Below are positions 1 through 13,903 of a DNA stretch of 64,000 bases, in pieces (the first letter of the stretch is position 1; the number at the start of each line of letters is the position of its first letter). Location: NCBI GenBank assembly GCA_964016885.1, contig OZ024743.1, positions 171,988,001 to 172,052,000 on the forward strand, read 5' to 3'. The stretch comes from Eledone cirrhosa (lineage: Eukaryota). Made by a program: the position numbers and the translations under genes. The notes under the pieces were generated by a model. That model ran no database searches. It was not told where the DNA came from and was given only the letters and a program-made list of their open reading frames with translations.

Positions 1-1091
1 AACTATTCTAGAGAAATATATTGAGAGCTCTTGAAAGGAGAAAATATTTCCTATTTCTTATTTTTATTTTTTTTTTTTTATTTTATTTTTTTTTTTTTTT
101 TTTTTTTTTTTTTATTGTTTTCTTATTGTTCTGATAGCTTCTCACATTTTCGAAAGTTTATCCTTTCAATATTTTGAGTTAAATACAAGTAAGATAAATT
201 TCTATACTAAATCTATTAAACATACTATTATTTTAACTTAAAATATTCTATAATATTTTAAAATTGTATTGCTTTTAAAGTTATATTGCTATAATTATAT
301 TTCCAAATTGTAATATAATCCTTTTTATGTACTCAATTATACTATGCACTGTATCGATGTATACTTCTCTCTATATGTGAGTATATATGTATATGTGAAT
401 ATTGACATACATGTACATATGTTCTATGCGTTTTTATGAATATATGTCTGTCTGTATGTATGTGTATGCGTGATGCGTATCTACCTATTGGCTGAGGGTA
501 CACACACATGTATATATATGTATATGTGAGAATTATATATGTACATGTGCGTGTATATCAAATACAATTTGATTGCACTTATGTATAATGTTTATTCCAA
601 TGATTCCTGACAGATAGACATATAATTAACAGCCATAAATACATAATAGGTAATCTTATATATATATATAAAAAATAAAACAAATGTTATTTAATAACAT
701 AAAGTGTGTATAAGATTAAGTTAAAGAATCCTTTATGCTTTGTGTGTATATATTATATACATAGTTAGATATGGTATGTATTTTATAAGTGTGTATATAT
801 ATTTATATCATAAATCATGTCTTTAGAATTATTAGATAAAATATATACCGTTTCTTCTTCCAAATAGCATAATTAACCATATAAAAAATCAATTAGACCA
901 AGCTATAAGAAGAAAGGCTCTTATGAAGAAATCTTCGACAAATAACCGAAAGTGGCCTCTTCGCGGTGGCCCCAATATAGTATATTTATCCAACATTTCG
1001 ACAGCATGTGGAAACTGACTAAATATATCATCAACCATACACAATTAGTTGTAAAATTAAACTTAGAAGAAATGTGTACATACCGTAATTA

Positions 1092-1170
1092 TATCTCTAC
1101 CATGGTTTCATCCGTATTTTTAGACATGCAATTAATAGGAATGTCCTGAGTTAGGATTCATCAGGAGACA
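1092..1170 (-). ncRNA. Type I hammerhead ribozyme (family A, copy 1)
   Basis: Minus strand: stem I UGUCUC / CUGAUGA / stem II AUCC..GGAU / GAAA / palindromic stem III ACCAUGGU / GUA cleavage triplet / GAGAUA. Confidence 0.88.
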
Positions 1171-1749
1171 AACTCAAAATCAGACATCTAGTTTTTCAAC
1201 CTGATCGCGCCGAAATTAGATTCAAAAATGGCTAAGAATCGCTATGTGGCTGTGGTCAAGCTAGAAAGAATGTGATTGGCTGCTTACGGCGGGTAGGCTT
1301 GTTGCTAGAAAGCGCAGCCAAATATCGCCAAATTTAATCTCAACCTAACGGGAGATTATTAAATATAAAGTTTTACATATACATAAAGTTATAGATATAT
1401 ATGTTGCAACCGGTCACTTTTAAGCTCTATGAAGAATTAATAAATTAAATAATCAGAGCAATATATCATAAATCATGTCTTTAGAATTATTAGATAAAAT
1501 ATATACCATTTCTTCTTCCAATTAGCATAATTAACCATATAAAAAATCAATTAGACCAAGCTATAAGAAGAAAGGCTCTTATGAAGAAATCTTCGACAAA
1601 TAACCGAAAGTGGCCTCTTCACGGTGGCCCCAATATAGTATATTTATCCAACATTTCGACAGCATGTGGAAACTGACTAAATATATCATCAACCATACAC
1701 AATTAGGTGTAAAATTAAACTTAGAAGAAATGTGTACATACCGTAATTA

Positions 1750-1828
1750 TATCTCTACCATGGTTGCATCCGTATTTTTAGACATCCAATTAATAGGAAT
1801 GTCCTGAGTTAGGATTCATCAGGAGACA
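1750..1828 (-). ncRNA. Hammerhead family A, copy 2 (core GAAA mutated to GCAA; probably inactive)
   Basis: Same as copy 1, but the + strand reads catggttgcatcc instead of catggtttcatcc. Confidence 0.8.
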
Positions 1829-2407
1829 AACTCAAAATCAGACATCTAGTTTTTCAACCTGATCGCGCCGAAATTAGATTCAAAAATGGCTAAGAATCGC
1901 TATGTGGCTGTGGTCAAGCTAGAAAGAATGTGATTAGCTGCTTACGGCGGGTAGGCTTGTTGCTAGAAAGCGCAGCCAAATATCGCCAAATTTAATCTCA
2001 ACCTAACGGGAGATTATTAAATATAAAGTTTTACATATACATAAAGTTATAGATATATATGTTGCAACCGGTCACTTTTAAGCTCTATGAAGAATTAATA
2101 AATTAAATAATCAGAGCAATATATCATAAATCATGTCTTTAGAATTATTAGATAAAATATATACCATTTCTTCTTCCAATTAGCATAATTAACCATATAA
2201 AAAATCAATTAGACCAAGCTATAAGAAGAAAGGCTCTTATGAAGAAATCTTCGACAAATAACCAAAAGTGGCCTCTTCGCGGTGGCCCCAATATAGTATA
2301 TTTATCCAACATTTCGACAGCATGTGGAAACTGACTAAATATATCATCAACCATACACAATTAGGTGTAAAATTAAACTTAGAAGAAATGTGTACATACC
2401 GTAATTA

Positions 2408-2486
2408 TATCTCTACCATGGTTTCATCCGTATTTTTAGACATCCAATTAATAGGAATGTCCTGAGTTAGGATTCATCAGGAGACA
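2408..2486 (-). ncRNA. Hammerhead family A, copy 3 (intact core)
   Basis: Core and stems as in copy 1. Confidence 0.88.
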
Positions 2487-2856
2487 AACTCAAAATCAGA
2501 CATCTAGTTTTTCAACCTGATCGCGCCGAAATTAGATTCAAAAATGGCTAAGAATCGCTATGTGGCTGTGGTCAAGCTAGAAAGAATGTGTGCTCCACAT
2601 CTATGAACCTGCCCTCTGGGGCAATTAATAATTCCGACCTTAACTATCAACGCATCTCTCCAAAAGTAACCAGTATAATAAAACCCCTTCCATAATATTT
2701 TGATTAAGATATCTAGAAACCACTCTCTCCTAATTCTCCAACCCATGCATATCTTTCTCTCTCTTTCCCTCTCCCCTACTTTTCTCTCTTCCTTTTCTAC
2801 TCTATCTTCCCCAACAACCTCACTTAAGGGTATTTACATTGTACATTTTACCATTC

Positions 2857-2968
2857 TGCTCTGAGGATACAGTGGTCACAGCATTGGATATTTGAGTTCT
2901 GCAAATACTTGTAAATTTGCACATATCATAACTAGGCTGTAGTACCACCGTGAAAACATTTGTAAGCA
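2857..2968 (+). ncRNA. Hammerhead family B in the 5' pLTR
   Basis: UGCU / CUGAGGA(U) / ACAGUGGU..ACCACCGU (long stem II) / GAAA ACAUUUGU A / AGCA. Confidence 0.75.
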
Positions 2969-3213
2969 CACGGAATAAATTACCTTTTTATGATGTCTAC
3001 CTGTTATTATTCATTCTTTATATACACTCCGGAATACAGAAGGATCAGGAACTAAGTTTCTTCAACAATTCTTCCATAACTCGTAGAGTAACCTCTCACC
3101 GTACGTCAACCATATCCAGTGTAGTAATTAACCATTACTACATCTTGGATAATCCTATACCTAATAATCGCCTCCTACACAGTTGAGCAACCACACCGAC
3201 ACACGGCATTAAT

Positions 3214-5524
3214 ATGGAAAGACATCATATAGGTATGTCACTTAAAAACATACCTATACCTAACAAATGGGAATATATTCTTAGTATGATTCAACGCAAT
3301 AACAACTTCGGCGTGTACGATGGAAAGCTGTCCATTTCGATAAAGGACGCGCCAGTCACTCGTCTGAATCATATGGTTTTAAATCATGTAAAAGCCCACC
3401 CACAAACCCTCATCTCGATGCTTTCGAACAAGATTTAATGAAAACGACCATGAACATTAAGTTCAACAAACATAGAAATAATGAGCTGCAGAGCAACTTG
3501 AAAGCACTACTCCGAAGATTGCAAAATACCAATTGAATTGTTGTGAAAGCTGACAAGACCTCTAACGTGTATACCATGGATATCGATACGTACAATAACT
3601 TCATACGCAATGAACTACACAAAAAAATAGAAAAACAAATGAAACTACGCTAGCAAATATTAACAACGAGGCATATAAAGTGGTGAAGAATCTCAAGATA
3701 GACGATAGAACCGAGCCGATTATACCCGCTACCCCCACCTTCAACCTGAAGGACCATAAGGTAAATTTTGACTCTAACCCTAATATTAGACTTATATACC
3801 CTTCTAAATCAGACATAGGCAAAATTAGCAAACATATACTTGACATAACTCAAGTTAAAAAGAAAATTGAAATTAAATTATGGGGCAACACTAGCGAAGC
3901 AATTCGCTGGTTTAATAACGTTAAGAATAAGAATAAATCTAAGTTATACAATTTGACATATACGAATACTACTCTTCCATCTCACCAAGCACTTTACGTA
4001 AGGCCCTATCGTTTGCTAAGGTCAATTCCGACCTAACGGAGGACGAAATTAATATTATTCTCGAGGCTAGAAAAACCATTATTAAGTTTGATAACTGCTA
4101 CTGGGAACGTAAGGACAGACCCACAAATTTCGACATTACCATGGGTTCCAACGACTCAGCGGAGGTCACGGATCTCGTGGGAATTTACATAGCCCACATA
4201 TTACATAGTAAATTTAGTAATCTACAGGGGGGGATATACAGAGATGACGGGCTCTTATTAGTTAATAACTTGAATAACCAAAATCTTGAAAGGCTACGGA
4301 AAAATATTAGAAAATCTTTTAGTGAACTGGTTCTAAAAATAACATACGAATACAATCTTAAAGTAGTAAACTTTCTGGACGTAACTCTTAATTTAAATAC
4401 CGGACAGATACGACCCTTCCACAAGATGAATGAGAACCTTATGTATATTAACTTTAACTCAAACCACCCACTCTCCATGATCAAATCAGTTCCCCGGAGT
4501 ATTTCTCTTAGAATCTCTCGCCTATCGTCTAACTCTAATATTTTTAGTGAACACGCTGAATACTACAATAATGCATTAAGGAATGCCGACCACCGGGATA
4601 CAATAGAATACATTGATAGGAATTTCCATAACACACATAGCTCTACACGAAATCAAGGAATACGTAACCGGGGGACTAAAATACAAGCGCACACACACAG
4701 TACTACCAGACATACTAATAATAGAAAATCACCACCAAATAAATCACGCTGTAGAAAGTATATCTGGTACAATCCTATTTTCAATGCCTCGATTAGTACG
4801 AAACTATCTCTTTCATTCTTTAAGTTAATCAACAAACATTTCCCTAGTTCCCATAAATACAGCAAAATTCTGAACTCTAAAACAATTAGACTATCATACT
4901 CCACGGCACCAAACCTTGAAGCATACATAAAAAAACTTAACTTAAGGCAATTAAACAACTCTACAAAACAAAACATTTTAGTAACAGATGGGCAGAACGT
5001 AATATCTGCCTCCCAACCACTAAATGGGAGACGGGTATTACACAATCCACCTGTACCGCTATCACAACCTGTCCATGGTATACCCGCTACCCACAACAAA
5101 GAATGTAACTGCCATCTACCTAAAAGATGTCCATTGAAGAATGAATGCCTAAAGTCCAACATTGTTTACCAATGCATGGTTGAATCGAACGACCAGAAAT
5201 GGTATTATATCGGATCTACCTCCACCTCGTTTAAATCTCGCTGGTACCGTCATCGATTCTCAATCAAACATCCTAATCACCGTTTTGTGACCACGCTCGC
5301 CAACAAGACCTGGCAACTCCGTGAACGCAACCAACAGTTCACCTTAAAATGGGATATACTTTCCAGCGCAAGTGCATATCGTAGCGGATTGAAGTACTGC
5401 AGGTAACCTTGAACTCTTTTACAAATTAAAATCGGAAAACAAACTACTTAACGATAGAATTGAACGATCATTATACTGCAACCACAAACTAAAAGCTAAA
5501 TTCTCTCACTATAAAATAACTTAA
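3214..5524 (+). pseudogene. Frameshifted PLE ORF (RT + C-terminal GIY-YIG endonuclease)
   Basis: ORF pieces 3214, 3680 and 4141 carry SLKNIP, LKDHKxNF..RLI, MGSNDSAEVTDLVG, GIYRDDGL, NFLDVTL, CNC..CPL..CL, IVYQC..YIGST..FKSRW..H. The tail LNDRIE..CNHK ends at TAA 5522-5524. Confidence 0.9.
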
Positions 5525-6021
5525 CATTCGAACCCGTAACTATAACATCGCTTTCTAGCTAACCACCTTCTCTTCCCCCATACTACAAGACAATACACTG
5601 CTTATCACTATAAATGGTAACTCAGTGCAATTCGTAGATTACTACTACAAAGCCAAAGTTCACTCACCACATAAACTTCGTCTGTCCCCTCTCTACCTCT
5701 CTCTCTACATCCATTACACACTCTCTCTCTCTCTCTCTCGCCTTTGGCCTACCTCCCTCTCCACATCTATGAACCTGCCCTCTGGGGCAATAAATAATTC
5801 CGACCTTAACTATCAACGCATCTCTCCAAAAGTAACCAGTATAATAAAACCCCTACCATAACATTTTGATTAAGATATCTACAAACCACTCTCTCCTATT
5901 TCTCCAACCCCTGCATATCTTTCTCTCTCTCTCCCTCTCCCCTACTTTTCTCTCTTCCTTTTCAACTCATCTTCTCCAATAACCCCACTTAAGGGTATTT
6001 ACATTGTACATTTTAACATTC

Positions 6022-6133
6022 TGCTCTGAGGATACAGTGGTCACAGCATTGGATATTTGAGTTCTGCAAATACTTGTAAATTTGCACATAGCATAACTAG
6101 GCTGTAGTACCACCGTGAAAACATTTGTAAGCA
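6022..6133 (+). ncRNA. Hammerhead family B in the 3' pLTR
   Basis: Second copy of 2857-2968 with the same core. Confidence 0.75.
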
Positions 6134-6269
6134 CACGGAATAAATTACCTGTTTATGATGTCTACGTGTTATTATTCATTCTTTATATATATATATATAT
6201 ATATATATAAAGTATTAAAAAAATAATGAATAAAACAATGAAACAGTTCCTTATATTAAACAAAAAAAG

Positions 6270-6422
6270 TTCATTATTTAACGATCGTTTCTAGGACATA
6301 TATGTGTTAGAATTGGTATGCATACTCAACAGATCTATGTACAAAATTATACAAAATTATACAAATTATCAAATATAATATACATACCAACACATACATA
6401 TGCCGTCTTCAGAAATAATGAA
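6270..6422 (-). ncRNA. Hammerhead family C (left arm)
   Basis: Reverse complement of 14253-14405. Confidence 0.78.
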
Positions 6423-6689
6423 ATATATTTATTGATAATAACAACAATTCAAAATTACAGGTCTGTTTGGGAACAGAGTTCAAATTGACCAATGAAATAC
6501 ACAAAAATATATCAAGAAAATACAGTTAGGTGTGTGTATATATGTAAGTAACTTCGTTCACAGATATGCATAAAAATATATGTTCACATGCATACGCATC
6601 TCGAAAAAATGTATGTAAATACAAAAATTCAGGGCTAATGTCTCTGTATGTTTATAATCTACAGATAAAATACACATACGCATATAAAC

Positions 6690-6771
6690 ATATATAGATT
6701 CATATATACACACATATAGATACATTCACACACACACGCGCAAATACACATAAACATACACATACCCACGA

Positions 6772-6847
<76 letters not shown>

Positions 6848-7076
6848 ATATGTATATATTATTATTATAACTATATGGATATAAGGCGCACATATAAACA
6901 CTGCCACATATATTTTTATATCCAGATGCAGAAGTGGGTAAGGGGGTCAGTAATTACTAAGGGTGTCAGAGAACTGCCTATTTATAAAATGTATCTATAA
7001 ATTTAGAAATAAAAAGAAATATATTAAAAAAAATATAAACACGTAAAATATATACTCATACATAAAATACACACCG

Positions 7077-7136
<60 letters not shown>

Positions 7137-7606
7137 TTATATATACATATATATACATATATATATATACACATACATACATAGAGACACATACATATAC
7201 ATATATAAATACATAGACACACATACAAACACACATATATATATACATATATTCACAACACACATACATATATACACATATATGTACACACACATACACA
7301 CATACATATATATACATATATACATACACACATATATATATACACATATATACACACATATATACATACATATATATACATACACACACATATATATATA
7401 TACACACATACACACATACATATACGTATATATACAAACACATACACATATCCATGTATGTATATACACATACAACCACACGTTCACACAACTCAGACAT
7501 ACATAAATAAAGAGATATACATACACACATATACACATATATATATATATAGATATATACATACACATAAATATATATACACGCACACACACACACACAC
7601 ACATAT

Positions 7607-7668
<62 letters not shown>

Positions 7669-7874
7669 ATATATATATATATATAAAAAGAAATAAATAA
7701 ATAAATAAATACACACAGTCAGACAATTATGCACACATATATATATATACACATACACACATCTCTACAAATATATATACACATACACACGCACACATAC
7801 ATATATACATACACATATATATATATATATAGACATACATATACACACATATATATACATATATATACATATAT

Positions 7875-7907
<33 letters not shown>

Positions 7908-7910
7908 CAA
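6690..7910. repeat. Compound (CA)n/(TA)n/(TACA)n microsatellite inside the PLE 3' region, mirrored at ~12680-13990
   Basis: Visible directly; it produces the Y/I/C/V-rich spurious ORFs. Confidence 0.95.
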
Positions 7911-8550
7911 TCATAGACACTTATTTACATTCGCACATATGTATTTTTATACTCACATACAAACACCCAAACATACATACCTACTTACATACACATACAT
8001 ACATCCACGCTTACAAATACAAATAATTATAGGGGGGGGGGGATTAAAATTATTAGTGGGAAATAGTAAATATAGGTTTCAAGGAACATAGAATATTAAT
8101 CTGCATTTAGATCATAATATATGTTTACATAGTAGTTTCAGTATTAGGAAATGTAAGAAAGAAGGCAAAATTATGCATTTTAATATAAGTAGACTATTAA
8201 TTAAAGGTTAACTAAATTAAAAATAGTTAATATATTGATTTCTAAGGTGTATACTACTTAGGTTTATAATATTTGAAGCGGAATTTTGAAGTTAAACAGT
8301 AGTAGAGTATTAATTATAGCATAACTAAATTAAAATATTAACATTATGGTATCAATATTAGGAAATGAATTTAGTAATAGGGAAAACCAAATCAAGTATT
8401 TCATCGGTAGTAGAATATAAATTATAGGTTAACTAAATTAAAAATTATATATTAATTTCTATAGTATATGTTAATTAGGTTTATAATAATTAAAGCAGAT
8501 TTTGTATTTTATCTATAGTAGAATATAATTATAGGTTAACAAAAATTAAA

Positions 8551-8585
<35 letters not shown>

Positions 8586-9043
8586 ATTGTAAAGAATATA
8601 TTAATTAGGTATATATTTAAAAATTTATCTCAGTTTATGATTACATGATATTCTGCAATCCATCTGTATTGGAATTTTAATTTTAAGCTAATTAAATTAA
8701 AATTATAGGTTAACTAAATTAAAATTAATTTATAAATAAATTTCTAAATTGTACATTAATTAGGTTTATAATATTAAAAAATATTTCTGTTATTGATTAC
8801 ACGATATTTTGTTATATTTTATCTGTAAAGGAATTTTAATAAAAGGTTAAATAAACTAAAATTAATCTATAAATTAATTTACAAAGTATATATTAATTAT
8901 GTTAATAATATTTAAAAGTTTTTCACAATTTATGATTACACAATATTTTTTAATCTCATCTGTATTAGAATTTTAATTAAATTAAATTTATAGGTTAACT
9001 ACATTTAAATTAAATTATATATTAATTTCTAAAATATATATTA

Positions 9044-11025
9044 TTAATTAGGTTTATAATATTTAAATGTTTTTCTCAGTTTATGATTACACGATATAAT
9101 TAATTCCTGTCGCTTATTTAATAGGATATCCTTAGATTTCATTATTTCAAATAGTTCTTGGGAACATAATCTACATTCATTTCTATTATTTTGATAAGGG
9201 GTGGCTCTTTTGAGCACACTCCAGGTCATATCATATTCTATATTCTTATTTCTATAACTATTCATTTTTTCTGCTAGAGATGTTGTATTAGCCAGTGCGG
9301 CATTTTTAAAACTATGTTTGTGGGTATTAAACCTTACCTTAAAATTGTTAGAAGTAGCTCCTATATATGAGCAAATAGAATCTTTAGTTTTAACTTTACA
9401 TTTATAAACTATGTTGTTAACAAGACAATTTCCTTTTAATGGGCAGTTTGCTTTGTTTCTACAGTTACAACCTTTCGTTAATTCTGTATTTGAGGAGATA
9501 TTATGGTTAGTTTGATGTATTGGTGGTATACTTATGGTATTTTTACATTTATATGCATTATAGGCACTTATATTTTGTTTTATGTTTTTGGTTGTTGAGT
9601 ATGAGAATTTAACTGTTGACCTATTTAAGATTTGATGGTATTTGTGGTTTGGCGGGAAGTTTTTCTCTAGGATATAAAAAAATTTTTTAGCAATATTATC
9701 CTTAATTTGTAAATTAAATGGAGCATTATACCAAGTAACTCGTCTATTACGGTTTCTATGTTGTTTATTATTTTTATAGGTTGTATCGTGATGTTTACTA
9801 GGAGGATTAATGTTAATGACCTCACTACGCACATTTTTAGTTAGATTTATTGATTTAGGTGTTTTATCTTTTTTATTAGGAGTTTTATTATTAACATTTA
9901 TTAGAGTTGTATGATGAGTAGTTTTTTGAGAGTTACTATACTTTATATTAGAGGAGTTGTTGGTATTTTGGGGTATAGTGTGGGTGGCATTTAGGTGTGT
10001 ACTTTTCATTTGGTGTTTGTTGGTAATATTAGGTTGTATGTTTATAGTATTTTTAGTAGAAGGTATATATTCTAATCTATTTTTGTGGCCACTTCTATCT
10101 AGAGCTTCGTTATAGAAGGTCGCATTTTTATCAAATACATCTTGGTTAGACGAAAGGTTAGAAATTCTAAGTGATATATTATATGCAAGGTTTTTAAGGA
10201 TAGATTTAGGGTGATTAGATTGTGAGTGTATGTAGTGTAAGTTTTGGTTGGGTTTATGGTAAGGTTGGTAGATACCCGTAGCTAAGTCTAAAGTTATATC
10301 TAGGAAATTAACTACTTTACTTGTGTTTTCAAAAGTAATATGAAGACTATAATAGTCTTTAAGGAAAGTTCTAATAAGCTTTTTGTTTTTTTCTATTTCT
10401 GAGAGGCTAAGGTTGTTGGAAAGAAGAAGACAGTCATCACGATATAAACCACCTTTAAGGTGGGGAAAGGAAGCATTTATGTTGAAAAGAAGAAAGAGGC
10501 CCACAAGATCAGTAATTTGGGCAGAATCGCTTGAACCCATAGTAATATCAAATAGATTACTATATGTGTTTCTGGTCCACTATTCATTCTGAAATTCAAT
10601 AAGTGTTAGTCTAGCATGTGTAATAATATTAATGTCATCCAAAGTTAAGTTAGATCTATTTTTAGCAAATATCAAAGCTTTGTTCAGGAGTATAGGTGAT
10701 ATAGAAGAATAGTAATTATCTATATCAAATTGTAGAAATGAAGCAGAAGATTTACATCTAATATTTTTAAACCAGTTAATTACCTGGGAAGTGTTTTCCC
10801 AGAGTGGTAAATTAACATGTTTTCTTATTTGTGGGATGACTCTATCCAAAATTTTTTTGCTAATTATTCCAATATCAGATTTGGAGGGACATATAAGTCT
10901 TATAGAAGGATTTGAGTTAAAGTTTGATTTATGATCCTTCAGGTTGAAGTGTGGTCTTTTCAATGCCAAAGGTTCAGTTCTATCTTCAATGTTTAGTTTT
11001 TTTACTATGTTGTGTGTTTTGTTGT
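9044..11025 (-). pseudogene. 5'-truncated PLE ORF (RT + GIY-YIG) with one in-frame nonsense codon at 10580-10582
   Basis: LKDHKSNF..RLICPSKS, QFDIDNYYSSI, MGSSDSAQITDLVG, GLYRDD, CNCRNKANCPLKGNCL, IVYKC..YIGAT..FKVRFNTH. The two ORF pieces are in the same frame. Confidence 0.92.
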
Positions 11026-11027
11026 TG

Positions 11028-11545
11028 ATAATGCATATAAATGTAAAAATACCATAAGTATACCACCAATACATCAAACTAACCATAATATCTCCTCAAA
11101 TACAGAATTAACGAAAGGTTGTAACTGTAGAAACAAAGCAAACTGCCCATTAAAAGGAAATTGTCTTGTTAACAACATAGTTTATAAATGTAAAGTTAAA
11201 ACTAAAGATTCTATTTGCTCATATATAGGAGCTACTTCTAACAATTTTAAGGTAAGGTTTAATACCCACAAACATAGTTTTAAAAATGCCGCACTGGCTA
11301 ATACAACATCTCTAGCAGAAAAAATGAATAGTTATAGAAATAAGAATATAGAATATGATATGACCTGGAGTGTGCTCAAAAGAGCCACCCCTTATCAAAA
11401 TAATAGAAATGAATGTAGATTATGTTCCCAAGAACTATTTGAAATAATGAAATCTAAGGATATCCTATTAAATAAGCGACAGGAATTAATTATATCGTGT
11501 AATCATAAACTGAGAAAAACATTTAAATATTATAAACCTAATTAA
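11028..11545 (+). pseudogene. Inverted duplicate of the GIY-YIG endonuclease C-terminus
   Basis: Translation matches the last ~170 aa of ORF 9044-10540. Confidence 0.92.
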
Positions 11546-12002
11546 TAATATATATTTTAGAAATTAATATATAATTTAATTTAAATGTAGTTAACCTATA
11601 AATTTAATTTAATTAAAATTCTAATACAGATGAGATTAAAAAATATTGTGTAATCATAAATTGTGAAAAACTTTTAAATATTATTAACATAATTAATATA
11701 TACTTTGTAAATTAATTTATAGATTAATTTTAGTTTATTTAACCTTTTATTAAAATTCCTTTACAGATAAAATATAACAAATATCGTGTAATCAATAACA
11801 GAAATATTTTTTAATATTATAAACCTAATTAATGTACAATTTAGAAATTTATTTATAAATTAATTTTAATTTAGTTAACCTATAATTTTAATTTAATTAG
11901 CTTAAAATTAAAATTCCAATACAGATGGATTGCAGAATATCATGTAATCATAAACTGAGATAAATTTTTAAATATATACCTAATTAATATATTCTTTACA
12001 AT

Positions 12003-12043
<41 letters not shown>

Positions 12044-12685
12044 TTTAATTGTTGTTAACCTATAATTATATTCTACTATAGATAAAATACAAAATCTGCT
12101 TTAATTATTATAAACCTAATTAACATATACTATAGAAATTAATATATAATTTTTAATTTAGTTAACCTATAATTTATATTCTACTACCGATGAAATACTT
12201 GATTTGGTTTTCCCTATTACTAAATTCATTTCCTAATATTGATACCATAATGTTAATATTTTAATTTAGTTATGCTATAATTAATACTCTACTACTGTTT
12301 AACTTCAAAATTCCGCTTCAAATATTATAAACCTAAGTAGTATACACCTTAGAAATCAATATATTAACTATTTTTAATTTAGTTAACCTTTAATTAATAG
12401 TCTACTTATATTAAAATGCATAATTTTGCCTTCTTTCTTACATTTCCTAATACTGAAACTACTATGTAAACATATATTATGATCTAAATGCAGATTAATA
12501 TTCTATGTTCCTTGAAACCTATATTTACTATTTCCCACTAATAGTTTTAATCCCCCCCCCCTATAATTATTTGTATTTGTAAGCGTGGATGTATGTATGT
12601 GTATGTAAGTAGGTATGTATGTTTGGGTGTTTGTATGTGAGTATAAAAATACATTTGTGCGCATGTAAATAAGTGTCTATGATTG

Positions 12686-12718
<33 letters not shown>

Positions 12719-12930
12719 ATATATGTATATATATGTATATATATGTGTGTATATGTATGTCTATATATATATATATGTGTGTATGTATATATGTATGTGT
12801 GCGTGTGTATGTGTATATATATTTGTAGAGATGTGTGTATGTGTATATATATATATGTGTGCATAATTGTCTGACTGTGTGTATTTATTTATTTATTTAT
12901 TTATTTTTATATATATATATATATGTATGT

Positions 12931-13020
<90 letters not shown>

Positions 13021-13502
13021 ATGTATATATGTGTGTGTGTGTATATATATTTATGTGTATGTATATATCTATATATATATATATATATATGTGTGTATAT
13101 GTGTGTATGTATATCTCTTTATTTATGTATGTCTGAGTTGTGTGAGCGTGTGGTTGTATGTGTATATACATACATGGATATGTGTATGTGTTTGTATATA
13201 TACGTATATGTATGTGTGTGTGTGTGTGTATATATATATGTGTGTGTATGTATATATATGTATGTATATATGTGTGTATATATGTGTATACATATATGTG
13301 TGTGTATGTATATATGTATATATATGTATGTGTGTATGTGTGTGTACATATATGTGTATATATGTATGTGTGTTGTGAATATATGTATATATATATGTGT
13401 GTTTGTATGTGTGTCTATGTATTTATATATGTATATGTATGTTTCTCTATGTATGTATGTATGTATGTGTATATATATATATGTATATATATGTATATAT
13501 AA

Positions 13503-13588
<86 letters not shown>

Positions 13589-13813
13589 CGGTGTGTATTT
13601 TATGTATGAGTATATATTTTACTTGTTTATATTTTTTTTTATATATTTCTTTTTATTTCTAAATTTATAGATACATTTTATAAATAGGCAGTTCTCTGAC
13701 ACCCTTAGTAATTACTGACCCCCTTACCCACTTCTGCATCTGGATATAAAAATATATGTGGCAGTGTTTATGTGTGCGCCTTATATCCATATAGTTATAA
13801 TAATAATATATAC

Positions 13814-13903
<90 letters not shown>

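Larger units (their letters stand above)
804..2590 (-). repeat. Tandem array of 658-bp non-coding units (2.7 copies), one hammerhead ribozyme per unit; retrozyme/pLTR-like
   Basis: Near-identical units begin at 804, 1462 and 2120; the ORF track repeats at 952/1610/2268 (period 658). The third unit is cut at 2590, next to the PLE pLTR. Confidence 0.92.
2593..6190 (+). mobile_element. Penelope-like retroelement (Naiad-like) with direct pseudo-LTRs at 2593-3024 and 5759-6190
   Basis: A ~430-bp direct repeat flanks an RT + GIY-YIG region; each repeat carries an HHR; the 3' end runs into (TA)n. Clade assignment is inferred from motifs. Confidence 0.9.

Noticed and set aside
952-2465. Three repeated 65-aa ORFs (MASSRWPQ..)
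   Set aside because: GTG starts, no recognisable domain, and antisense to the HHR; they are a by-product of the 658-bp repeat.
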